A DNA stretch of 64,000 nt from Azolla caroliniana (taxonomy: Eukaryota > Plantae > Polypodiophyta): NCBI GenBank assembly GCA_043228905.1, contig JBHGNT010000014.1, positions 18,786,001-18,850,000 on the forward strand, given 5' to 3'. Position 1 is the stretch's first letter; the number at the start of each line of letters is the position of its first letter. Below the pieces are notes generated by a model. It did not search any database. It was not told the DNA's origin and worked only from the letters and a program-made list of their open reading frames with translations. The position numbers and the translations under genes were made by a program. This document shows positions 1 to 12,824 of the stretch, in pieces.

Positions 1-44
1 GGGAGAGGGAAAAAAGAGAGGGAGAGGGAGAGAGAGACATGTGA

Positions 45-2290
45 ATGGCCATGTCTTCTTGTAAAGAAACACTTTTCTTATGGAATGAGTTCTTCCGAGA
101 CCCTTCTGCGTTCTGGGATCACAGATGTTATAAGGTAAAAGCCCTAATCCACATGCTATTTAATTTTCCACTTTCGTGCTGATTCTTTTTCAATACACCC
201 ACAATCCCTGAAAGGTATCAAAAGTTCTCTCACAGGGAAACTCAAAAGCACCGGATTTGAAGCATAAAAAGACAGGAAAGCTCTTATGGATCCATGGGTT
301 TCAAACACCACCTTGGGTTAAAATTGAATTAAAAGAACTCAACTTATTGGATTCAACAAAGACGCATAATTTGCCGCCCAAGCTGCATGTCCAAGGTAGG
401 ATTGATCTTCTAAACCTGATAAAAGCATGTGGAAAAGAGAAGAACATTGTGAAGGCTAGAGGTATACATACTGAGATTTTGAAGAAAAAGGAGTTTGAGA
501 AGGATGTTTATGTGTTCACTGCCCTTCTTAGAACATATGCTCAATGTGGCTCTGTGAGAGAAGCCCAAGAAGTATTTGAACAACTTCCGGTACAAGATGT
601 TGTTGCCTGGACTGCTTTGATTGCTGGATATGCCCAAAATGGACGTGGTTATGAAGCATTGAAATGCTTCAATCAGATGCAAGATGAAGGAATCTTGCCT
701 GATGCTGCAACTTATGTATGTGTTTTGAAAGCTTGTGGCATCGTAAGATCTCTAGATGTCGGTGAAGATATATATGCTGAGATTAGAAGTACCGGGCTGT
801 TGCGAAAGGATGTTGTGCTTGGGGTTGCATTGATAGATATGTATGCAAAATGTGGTGCAATTGAGAAAGCACAAGAAGTATTTGAACTACTTCCAGTAAG
901 AAATGTTGTGTCTTGGACTGCACTTATAGCTGGATATGTCCAACATGGATTTGGCCATGAAGCTTTGAAATGCTTTGAAAAGATGCAAGAGGATGGAATC
1001 TACCCGAATTCAGTCACTTATATATGTGTTTTAAAAGCTTGTGCCATGGTAAGATGTCTAGATTTAGGGGAATGTATAGATGCAGAGGTTAGAAAGAAAG
1101 GATTATTGCTAAAAGATGGTGTGCTTGGAAATACATTGGTAGACATGTATGCGAAATGTGGTGCATTGGAGAAAGCATGTGAAGTATTTGAACAACTCCC
1201 TGAACGGAATGTTGTGTCTTGGACCGCGCTCATAGCCGGATATGTACAGCATGAGCATGGTGATGAGGCACTGGAATGCTTTGGGAAAATGATAGATGAG
1301 GGAATTTTTCCAGATGCTGTAACGTATGTCTGGGTTTTGAAAGCTTGTGGTACTGTAGGATCTCTTGAGATTGGAGAAGAAATATGTGTTGAGGTTAGGA
1401 AGAAAGGGTTATTGCCAAACGACATTGTACTTGGAAGTGCATTGGTAGACATGTATGCCAAGTGTGGCTCACTTGAGAAAGCACAAGATGTACTTGATCA
1501 GATGACTGTGAGGAATGTTATGTCATGGAATGCTCTTATGACCGGATATGCCCAAATTGGGCTTGGTGATGAGGCTCTAAAATGCTTTAGGAAGATGCAA
1601 GATGATGGAATATGGCCAGATTTGGTCACTTACATCTGCATTTTGAAAGTTTGTGGCATTTTAGGATGCCTAGATATTGGAAAAGACATAGACGTTGAGG
1701 TTAGAAGGCAAGGATTGTTGCAAAAGGATGTTGTGCTTGGTACTACATTGATTGACATGTATGCAAAATGTGGTTCACTCGAGAAAGCTCAAGAAGTATT
1801 TGAGCAACTTCCAGTGAAAAATGTTGTCTCTTGGAATGCACTCATGGCGGGGCATGCACAATTAGGTCAAGCTAACATAGTTTTGAACCTCTTTCACAAA
1901 ATGAGGGCCAAAGGTATTGTTCCAGATGTGGTGACTTTCCTTGCTATACTAACTGCTTGTAGTCATGGAGGTCTATTGAAAGAGGGAGAAAAGTGGTTTG
2001 ATGAGATGCGTGATCTTTATTGTTTTTCTCCGGTGCTCGAACATTACACATGTATGATTGATCTTTTTGGTCGAGCTGGACACTTTATTAAGCTCGAAAT
2101 TTTGCTCAAAACGTTGACCTCGTCTGACCATCTCCCTCTATTGTTGGCAGTATTGGGTGCTTGTTGTAAATGGGTTAATGTGAATCTTGGAAGATGGGCA
2201 TTTGAGCAATCATTAGTTATAGATGAAAACTGTGCCTCGGCGTATTTGTGTATGGAAAAAATATATATGCAGCAATTAGCTTGCAAATAA
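45..2290 (+). CDS. PLS-class PPR protein (E1/partial E2, no DYW) with N-terminal OSB-type PDF motif; exons 45-134 and 236-2290, about 714 aa
   Basis: ORF 257-2290 has regular P-L-S triplets (VVSWTALIAGY / TYVCVLKAC / LVDMYAKCG) and ends HYTCMIDLFGRAG...LGACCKWVNVNLGRWAFE. Upstream exon MAMSSCKETLFLWNEFFRDPSAFWDHRCYK splices (AAG|GT at 135, CAG| at 235, phase 0) in frame to GNSKAPDLKHKKTGKLLW. Confidence 0.9.
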
Positions 2291-2492
2291 AGATGTAAAT
2301 TTAATAGAGTAAAAGTTGAAGGATAGCGAATACCATATATTATAGCATGTATCTTTCATACAGCCTTGGTTATGATATAGCACTTGAATATTGATCCGTG
2401 AACTAAATGTGATCGAGCACAATGACTTCTGGTCATAACTGTTAATGCTATGGTCTATGATTGTCTAAAAAGTTCTAAAATCAGATTAAGGG

Positions 2493-2600
2493 ACATGTAT
2501 GCCAAATGTGGTGGCACAAGATCCACAAATTTATGATGATCCTATGAAGCCCAAAATGCTTCGTGAAAGTGCAAAATAAGGGAATGAACCCAAATGCAAA
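2493..2600 (+). pseudogene. Degenerate PPR motif fragment downstream of the PPR gene
   Basis: gacatgtatgccaaatgtggt (DMYAKCG), followed by CFVKVQNKGMNPNA-like sequence; not in an open frame. Confidence 0.5.
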
Positions 2601-4806
2601 AAACTAGATTGTGGCTAGAAGCTAAGGGATTTTGCAAAATCTTGGTGTTCTCGACAATGTATAAGCAATTATGGTATTATTACGTCCCTACAAATTCTGA
2701 TTGGGTCATGCATTGTTTGACCGCATTGTGAAAGTCTTGTACAGAGAGATTAGTCCTCTCGTTTGAAAGTGAGCACTTTGATGGTGGTGGGGAGGCCAAA
2801 ACACTCACATAGACAACTTATTAATCAAAAGCATATTGCATTTCTTGGTACTCATAGAAAAAGTGAGAGGAGAGAAATATAATATATTTTAATCCAGTAT
2901 TATAGTGTGGGTTATGATGGAGAGTCTTTGAGAGTGGGAAAACTAAATCATAATGTAACTCTTGAGGTGGGGCTTTAACACAAATTGATCCAATGCTGAA
3001 ACATTCTCAAACATTCACACATTAATGAATACAACTCACGATAAGTAAGCAAGAGGTACTAATGCTTAATGAAGTAGAGATAAAAAGGTTTGAATGAACA
3101 CAAATAGCTCAATCACATGAGTAGTATTGGTCCCTTAATTTAAAGTAAATCCTTATGGATTGTTTACATGTTTCCTTCTCCAATTTTCATTTGATTGTTA
3201 CTTTAATGGTATAGTTCTTGGCCATATAGAATAGTAGTTATGGTCAAATAGTAGTTGTTCACATGATGTGAAGGCATGTAACATAACATTTATATTATAT
3301 TTTTTAACTTTACCCTTTACCTAATGATTCAAGGAATTGAACGCAAATGATCGCAAACCTTGAACCATATATGCACTCAAGATTCACCTTCCTTTGCTTT
3401 ACAAAGAAAAAGGTTACACGATTTGAGGTGCGAAAAAAGTGATTTTGTGAATGACCTGAAATCCTAAAGTCTAAACTCTATAAACTAGCTATATATTGTG
3501 TTTTGCAAAACAAAATGCTACAATGGATCTAACAAATCTTATAAAGTAGTTATTTGGAACTCGAGATTTATTTTTGTTTGCTTAGCAAGCAAAAAAACTA
3601 ATGATTCGAGGAGTGAGAATAATTATATGTCAGTTCCCTAAATAAACCTACAAATGTGTACAACTCAAACCCCATGGTCGTTTGCTTTGTTTACAAGCTA
3701 GTAATCAATGACTTTTTATATGCATTAGCAAAGTTTCTTATTGGGCACTCAATGCCAACCTAGCCTTTGGCTGATTCAAACTACCAATCTAAAAAGAAGG
3801 TAGTAAACTAAACAATGTGGATGATCAAGCAGTTAGTTAGATAAAAGCGTCAACTCCATAATTGGGCTTTCATGGGTTTGCTCTTACATTCCAATCAATC
3901 TTTTTTCTCGACCAATGATGTTGTGTTGTGTAAGATAATTGTGCCATTGGCGTCAACATTATTTGAAGTACTTCAATTTTGCTTGTGTTGCTAGATATAA
4001 TTGAGGCCAAGCAAGGTTTGTGTTACTTGATATTATTAAGACCAATAATTTGTACCACATAGGATCTTAGGGGTTCACGAAATATTGCTTATCTGGTGGT
4101 TATGTATGGTTGAATCATAGAGCATTGCCCAATTGGCCCAATATTTCTTGGGTTTAATCTTAGGTCGCCCATTTTCCTTCCATGAACAAGACACCCGCAA
4201 TTGTTTTGCACACTAGTTTGGCACAACCTTTTTTGTCCTTGGCCTAATGCAAGAAGGAGGCTAGACTAAACAATACGTTGTCAACATCAGTGAATAACAA
4301 ATGGATAAAGCAATAAATTATTGTAGACAATGGCATCCTATTCTTCTCCTATGTCCAATGAATTGGGAAAGATAGTCAAGGAAGGAGAGGTTCATTCACT
4401 TGCTCCAAGTACCCCCCAACAATGTTGCACCACATTCGACATAGGTGCCTGATTGATAAATAGCGTAAGCAAGTCAAGGCCATGGATTTGCCTGCCACAT
4501 CAACATGGATAACGAAATTTGCTAGTATATATGTATCTCGACACCAACGAATGAACCGAACTGAGCCAACAGATACCGGAGACCGAATGCCGTTGTGTCT
4601 TCGGACTCATGGATTCGACTCGACCGAGTCTTAACATTACAAGCCAAAGTGTGAAAGGGACTGGCTAATGAAGTAATTAAGTAATCAATCAATGCAGTAA
4701 TTAAGCAATTAATTGTGTAATTAACACTTGAAACGAATGGATAGTTAGGAGGACCTTATAATTACTGGCCATGGCTTCTTCTTCTGTTTCTTTCTTTCTT
4801 CTTTCT

Positions 4807-4842
4807 TCTTTCTTCTTCTTCTTCTTCTTCTTCTTCTTCTTC
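4807..4842 (+). repeat. (TTC)n microsatellite just upstream of the TGD4 start
   Basis: Run of ttcttcttc directly visible. Confidence 0.9.
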
Positions 4843-4846
4843 GACG

Positions 4847-7800
4847 ATGACGACGATGCTGGATTCCCTGTTCTGGAACAAGGAAACAGAGTCGTCGAGG
4901 TCTGTGGAAGGGGAAGTTCAATCCCTTCCTTTCGAGCCCCCTCCACTCTCCCTCCTCCGCAGCAGCAGGCTCGTTCGCAGCCAACAGATCCTTCTGCTAC
5001 AGGACTATGGCTCCTTCCCCTTCACCCCTTCCTTCTCCGATGGCGCTCTCTCCCTCGACACAGTTATCCTTTCCTTTGGAGCCCTCCATTGGTAATGCCA
5101 TCTGCCCCTATCATAATAATTTAGCATCCTCATTGTTAAATTAATTGCATCTTATTTGGATATTGATTTATTCCTTCATTCCCTTTTTTTAAAGTCAAGT
5201 TATTTCCATTTCTTTATATTGATTCATTACTGTTTATTATTGTTTTTTGTTTCCCTTAGTTCTGTTTTTTGTTTGTTATTGTTTTTTGTTATTCTTTCTG
5301 TTTCCCTTAGTTCTGCTTTAGAATAACAATAATAATATAATTAAAAAAATTAATTTCCTCATTGTTAATTTAATTACATCTTATTTTGAAATTGATTTAT
5401 TCCTTCATCCCCTTTTTTTAAAGTCAAATTATTTCCATTTCTTTATATTGATTCATTACTGTTTGCTATTGTTTTTTGTTTATTGATTTCCTTTAGCTGA
5501 TTAATGTTCTATATATTCTATAAAATAAATCAACAAATTGATTACTCCATAGTTTCTATTTATCATTGGCCCTTTTGAAACATCTATAACTTTCATGAAT
5601 GCCTTTGTTTCTTGTTAAAAATCACCCTGTGAAGTGTATAATCCTTGGACAATTTATTCTTTACTCATGCAAGGATCATATCTCTTTCCGAAAGAATGTA
5701 ATCCATGGTGGCTCCTTGCATTCACCATTGCACAGTTAAATAGTTATCTTGTCCTTTTAAAAAAGCCACAACTTTCTTTCTTGCTTTAGCTTTTCTTTGT
5801 CTTGTCCTTATAAAAAAGCCATAAATTTCTTTCTTGCTTTTAATTTGGCATATCATGATTACAATAGCTATTGAAGTTGTAATCCAGGCCCTTACATGTT
5901 GTTAACTTGTTGTTTATGTTGTGAATGTATCCTTGTGATGGAAATGTAAAATCTAGAACCCCAATATGCGATGGAAAATGGAAGATATAAAACCCTAATA
6001 TATGGTTAAACTGTTGTTGAAGGTGTAATACATTCTTATGATGGAAGATGCAAAACATAGAACCGCAATTTATGCTTCAACTGTTTCAAGTTATAATGCA
6101 CCAAGGCTTCCATCATCCAGAAACAAACCTGCAAAATAGAGACCTAAGGCCATCCGTGGCCCTTTATTGATGATGGAAACCATTCCAACCAAATCATTCC
6201 CCTATTAATAATGGAAGCATTTGAAAATAAATATACAAAATTGAACCGTACGTCCATATGTAATCCTTCATTGATAATTGAAATCATTTTTATGAAAGAA
6301 TTTCTCTATCAATAATGGAAGCACCTGAAATCAAACATACAATATAGAACTTTACGGTCATATGTGATCCTTCATTGATGATGAAACTCATTCACAACAC
6401 CATCCCTCTGTTAATATTGGAAACTTCATGTATGAATGATGAAATGCATCCTTGTGATAGAGCTCCTGATATGTGAGGGACTTCATGGAATATGTGTGCA
6501 TATTCCCTAAAATTTTGCTCGAGCATTTGAACTTGCCAACTAGAAAATATTCAATAAAGGGAATATAATCTGTTAAAAATAGATAAAATTTCTACCAAAA
6601 TTCATGTTGTTACATAGGGCATGAGAAGGAGACTTGACTGAATAGCTATCTGCACCCTCGCAATGGAACTTCTAACCGGACATGGGCTGCATGGAATGTA
6701 AAATATGATGGATACCAATTAGGTATGCTCTATTCAGTGATGGCCAGAGTGGTAGATGGCTGATCAGAGTCCCTGTAATGAGCATTTTCTTCAAACATGC
6801 CCTAGTGTCTACTGATAGTGACATTCAGTATCCATTTTCGTTGTTTTGCCCTTTTTGAGTGACCAACAAAAATGAAGGCCCCTAAAGTTGTAGGGGTTGA
6901 GGGGTCATTGTAAAAGAGGCATGAGTTTCAAGTTCCATTAATTGAGCCAGGTTATCCATCCAAGAAGGATGTGTAGTGATTAGTGGTTTATAGTATCTAT
7001 CATACTGAAAACAACGCCATCATGGCTTTCACTCAGAGTTGGCTTCGCTCTTGCATTTTACAAACTGACTGTTAATGCAATTGTATTGAGGGTATTTGAT
7101 GTTCTAGAGTTCCTTATTGAGCTTGAGAACCCGAGTATATGATTTGTCTTTATACAGGTCTCTGAGTTGCTAACATAGGGGATTAGCATGTTGCCATTGT
7201 CGCAATTCTCAGAGAAGGGTATAAAAAATATTGAACAAGAAATGCATTTACTTTTTGTCAGTTTCTTTGCAGGATGGATTGTCAGCAAGATTAATGGGCT
7301 TGAACAGCATTTTGTGCATAAGACAGCAGGTTGCTGATAGTTGGGGCAGAATCTGATCAGATGGAGAAGTTGAAGGCAGCATGAGATCAGGAAAAAGTGG
7401 ATATGAAGCCATAAGTAGAGAGCTGAAAGTGCTGACAAGGAAACGGAAAGGAAACTTTGCCGAATGAAAATTTGGACAAGGATTAAAAACTTGGGCTCTA
7501 ATGCCATGAAGGATCAGTTGATGAGAAGTTAAGATATTCACACAAACCAACATGCAGAGAAGAGAGCACCACAGATCCAAATTACAATATACAACTGATA
7601 AATGGGAGAAGTATGTGGCTCTGATTTATAGATCCATGAGTAGAAGTATGGTTTGGGCGATAAGGTAGGTAAGGATGTATTGTCATGGCTTCCCTGCAGA
7701 TGCACAATTGAGATGCGAACAAAGCTGTAGGATATGCAAGTTAATATTAGACTGAGAACTTGGCAGCACTACTTGATACAGAAGTGACCTCTGGAATTTG

Positions 7801-9655
7801 ATATAGAGAAGCATTTGCAGGGAGATTAGCTTAAAATGCTTTCCATTTTTTTTATATATTAGAGGCTTATGTTGTCATTTACTAAGAGCATGAATAATTG
7901 CCAAACCTTTTCTTTATTCAGTTAGAAATCTAGGTTCTACTTACTAGAGTGGAAGATATATGCTAGAGATAGACTATTTATAAGACAGCTGTAATCATGT
8001 GAGTGCATATTGTTCCCAGTTGGCGTCCTTAGGGTTTGCACTTGGGAGTTTCATCTCAAGCATTAGAAAGTACGAGGAGGTTCAATTGATCCCTAATTAT
8101 ATTTCACTCAAAACATAGGTTTGTAGCTATTTGGAATTAAAGTTACATTGAGAAGATCATTGTTTATTTATTAATGACATAAAGGTATCTTCTGGGATCT
8201 GGTGTCAAGATAAGAAAATTGCCAGTCAGGAGCTACTGGTCTGGCAGTTTTCTCATGAGTGTAATATCTTTGGAAAGATTAATTTATTATCCTTGAAATG
8301 TTTTCCTTATAACAGATCATGCATGAAAACACTAGGTTGTCACTTTCTAATCTTAATTCATATGGGTTTGTTTACTGTCTTTGACAATACAGCTGAATTG
8401 TACTCTTAAATGAACTCAACATTAACGTGGAATGTTCTTCAATGTTTTTCTTTTTTAAGTACCAGATGATCTATATTTTGCACTCTTTCTCCAGGCTTGT
8501 AGGAGTTGAACATAATTCTCTTTTAAATGTTTTAGGTGGACTACAGTGACTCAACGTGTACAAACACATGCTCTATTTAGCCTTTTACGAGACAAATTCG
8601 AGGGTAACAATCCAGTGTCTCATGTCAGTGATGGTTGGGAGAAAGCGAAACTGTTGTTTCGTCAATCGATGAATGCTCTTGGTATGCACACAAGGGCTCA
8701 TATTGGGTCTAAAACAGTATTGTCTATGAGCTGCGAGGTGGATGATGGTTTAGCTCGTCTATTATCTTGCAATTATTTGTCTGGAGATTCTGATTATCCC
8801 TGGCATGCCCAGGCTTCCTTGCTAAGGAAGGTAAGCCAGATCTATTATTCTTACCCAAGAGACAACATTGTAAGACGTGAAGCTGAGTTAAGCAAGGAAG
8901 GTTAAAGGTCCACTAAGGTCTTGAGTATATGTATGATCAAGGGGATAGAATAATGCTGTTAATCATGAAATTTATACACAACCCTATTGATAGGTGTTCA
9001 TGGCAGTCATGTGATGTTGATGCTGTTTAGTCACTCAGTAAAATATTTGAGAAGGGAAGGAGAACTTGACCAAACAAGCATTAAGAGTAAAATTAATTAA
9101 GGAAAAAGGATATAGATGCTAGACAATAATAATTGTAACACTGGAAGTCATGATCTCTGAAGATTGGCACTCTATGCTGGCCTAAAGAACTGCCTAGTCA
9201 TAGCGAGGCATGTTTTCTCTCCTGGCTGCATGTTAACATCAAGGCAAATAACTATTACTTTACAACAAATTTTAGTTATTTGCGTGCAGTGAGCTTGAGA
9301 AGACCATTGCAGCCTGGAAAAAATTGCCATAGATTTAAGGAACAGTCATCTAATGTGTCTCACAGTCAGTCGCTTGTTACTGGATTTTTTCCAATTTAGT
9401 CACCGACAATCTTGCGACTATTAGGTTAATGGTATAAAGGTGTTCAAATTGGTTGCTTTAGCAATCATAGAAGTCTTGATAACTGATGCCTACCAACAAT
9501 GTGTACGTTCCCAATGGTTATGTTCAGTGTGTGCTTTTGATTGCAACTGTTGTAAATTCCTTTTGTTTTCCTAGTGCTCTTTTGTTTATGGTTTTTTTAG
9601 CTATTTTGGTATTCTAATGTTTTGAAATTGAATTTTACTTATGTTTTGACTGTGC

Positions 9656-9703
<48 letters not shown>

Positions 9704-10909
9704 ATTGTTACTTTGTAAATTATATTCTACGATATAACTTCATTTTTCTTAATTGTTACTCATTTCAAAAAAATAAAATATTGCAGTTAGGTTCACATGA
9801 TCTTGTGATGAGGACTGCATGGAATGATAGAGCGGTGGACAGGAGAGGAAAGTACTGGAATATTCCAGAGACGGTATCTGTAGATCTGTCATCGCGTGGT
9901 TTGTCTGGACTTGGATACCGTGCAGGTGTATACCATAGCTCAGGGGTTAAGGACACCTCAGAAGAGGAAGGAGCTTCACTTCCTATTGGTGCAACTGGTG
10001 GCACATGTGGCAGAGCTGCCATTTTTCTTGAAAAGGAAATTGACATATGGAAGGATAGACGGAACAAACCTCAGCCCTTCAATCTGTTTGTTGGTCTTCC
10101 ACATGTCACCCTCTCTGGAATTATGGGTAAGTGGACCAAGATAAGGCATATACACATGCATGTATTGCTGTGAAGATATTATTGTTTTAGCAATGAGTGT
10201 TGAAATGTTTGTTTTCTTCAGATGGTATAATGTTGAAAAATGTGGGTGGGGACGCTCTATTGTCTTAAGAAGAAATTGATTTTTTATTTTTTATTTTAGG
10301 TGGCATGCTGACAGCTGATACCTTGAAATGTGGCAAAAAATGGAGTGGATACATCTTAAACTTTGCAAAACCTAGAGTATCATTGGATGCCTTTTCTTCC
10401 ATGAGTTTATCAGCTCAAGTTGGTCATTTCCATCGATGGTTTCTGGACTTCACAAAATTAAATGCCCGAGTAAACATTGGGTCTTCGGCTGCATTTGTTG
10501 CTGCTACGAGGAATCCAGAACGATTTGATCAGAGTGATGCACTTCCAACAATGGAAGTTACATTAGAGCAACAGGTAGCTGGTTAATCTCACTCTTCTCT
10601 TTGAATCTATAATTTCCATTGAACTTAAGAGCAAAGGTTAGATGGTTTTGTCTTCATTTCTTTTGAGTGATTTGAATCTCCTTTGGTTTGATAATCATTG
10701 ACATTTCTCAGATATATGGTCCAGTCCGCGCTCGAGTGGATTGTAGATATGGAATGGATTCTTTTTCTTTAAAGAATGGATTTCCATTACAGGATATTGC
10801 GTATGGATTCGATTGGTCTCCATTGTCTGTCACATCTTTGAAGGTGGTGGTATGGTACTCACCAATGCGAAATGAGGGCATGATGGAGTTTCGTTTCTTT
10901 GAAAACTAA
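4847..10909 (+). CDS. TGD4: TRIGALACTOSYLDIACYLGLYCEROL 4 family plastid outer-envelope lipid transfer protein; exons 4847-5091, 8536-8830, 9787-10126, 10300-10574, 10712-10909
   Basis: N-terminus LDSLFW...EPPPLSLLRSSRLVRSQQ, internal YWNIPETVSVDLSS and FLDFTKLNARV, and C-terminal GPVRARVD...KVVVWYSPMRNEGMMEFRFFEN match the TGD4 family. All junctions are GT-AG and phase-compatible (e.g. HW|WTTV). Confidence 0.9.
5128..5480 (+). repeat. Local direct duplication (about 120 bp, two copies) in TGD4 intron 1
   Basis: cctcattgttaa...ttgatttattccttcat...aaagtcaa.ttatttccatttctttatattgattcattactgttt occurs at about 5128 and about 5357. Confidence 0.8.
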
Positions 10910-12824
10910 TTGTGCAAATTCACGTGTGAGAATCTTCAATGAAATTCATGAAAGAAAAACGGAAGGGTGGATCGAGGGCTCAAATTATGTCTTAGAAACC
11001 GTTGTCACCAAAAACTGAAAGTATATCTAGAGCTCAGATCATATATTATCAGAATTACATGTCCCACAAGCAATCAAATGTAGAGCAAGCTACACAGCTC
11101 AGGTCATGTGTAAGAAACTTTTCATTATTCTGAAATACGGTTTCTATCTGAAAACACATCCTCGTGATTCATTGTATTTTGTAGCTCCTGGTCATGTGGT
11201 GATAATGTCTGGTGGTCTTAGCCCCTAACACAAATTTGGAAATTTATGGGAATTGATTTTTAATTTCTTAGATAGGAAAAAGCCAGCAGTTTCTATTATG
11301 TGTACATGAGTTCCACAAATTTCTCCCATTTCATTTTAATCCAGTTTATGCTCACTTTCAACACATAGTCAACATTCGAGTCAAATGTAAGGTGCTATTT
11401 ATTCACTTTGTTTTTTTGTTGGTACGTTCAATTTCTTACTATTATAAATTCTTTAGTATGTACTATAGAACTCTGTTCTAGAATATTATAAATAAATAAA
11501 ACAGTTGGAACTATTTAACTGAATCTCAGGTACGGAGAATCAGATGTCTTAACCATGGCTTTTTTTTACTGAAGACAAAACCATCTAACCTTTGCTCATA
11601 AGTTCAATGGAAATTATAGATTCAACAAGAAGATTCTTCTAAATTTGTAATAACTTTCATTTGATTGTATCTGCACACCCTGATTTTATTTGAGGCGAGA
11701 TGGTAGATCTAACTTTTCCATAGCTCACAAGTTTCACCATGCATATACACAATAACATCCCACAAATTCACCATGCATCTCCAATTATGTTTCCTTGTAT
11801 TTTTTAATAGAAGCAAGTAATGCTTACTACATCTGCTTTTCAATATTTTAGATCCCAGGATATAACATCTGAAATAAATCATTTTTCATGAAATTCTACT
11901 ACAAGTAAAGTGTTTTTGACATCTACAGCACGCAAGAAGTGAAATGTTGGATTTTCCTTGCATTTCTCTGTTATTAGGGCTAAACCCATAACATCAGTTC
12001 AAATCTCAACACATGCACTACATTACTAGTCAATGTAAGATTTGAACACGCTCTTGTGGTCTTCACCAGATATTTTTACCAACTCAGTTAGGACCAGACG
12101 AATTATTCCTCCCATAAAACCCACTAGTGTTTTACTAATATAATTAATTGAAAACATTCGCTAGTTTCTTGCACTAATCACAAAGTGAATGTCAGGTTTT
12201 CTTTGACTTCCCCTCTGTTGTTAAGCTGAATCCTGGTGTTAATCCTTTCTTTTACTAACCCATAATCCCAGGTTCAGCTCACTATTGCACAGCATTATTA
12301 GATGCCACTGCACAATGCAAATATTGAATACACAAACTTGTAGTCTTAACCAAACATTACAAACTCACTGACTTTGCCTCTATGACATATACCATTACTG
12401 TGATTTATATAACTGAAATTCTAGCTGGACAAATAACTTATGAACATACGCCATGCATGATACACTCCCAAATACCCATGTGATGGTTGACACCTTAAAA
12501 ACTTAAAATACAATACAATAGAAGTCTCCTTCAACTATAGAATTCTATTATTCATATGCAGTCTCACTTAGAAAGAAGTCTGACAAACTTTAACAGAATG
12601 TTATATTTTCCTTTCTTTCTAGGATGTACTGATGTCAATGAAATAATATCCACTTTCAAATTTCATCCTACAAATACATCGAAAATTTTAGATAAAAAGC
12701 ATATCAAGTCTAACTAGAGAGGATTATCATCTGCTCTCAGATAACTAGAGAATTGATCATGTTTGGTGGCCAACACGTCAAATTCATGAAGCTTGCAGGT
12801 CTTTCTTTCAGTATTGAGCCAAGT

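Noticed and set aside
410-2286. Antisense ORFs over the PPR gene (and 37819-39661 over the second PPR)
   Set aside because: Shadow frames of the repetitive PPR coding sequence.
7058-7580. Minus-strand ORFs in TGD4 intron 1
   Set aside because: No recognisable motif; possibly a decayed TE but not supportable.
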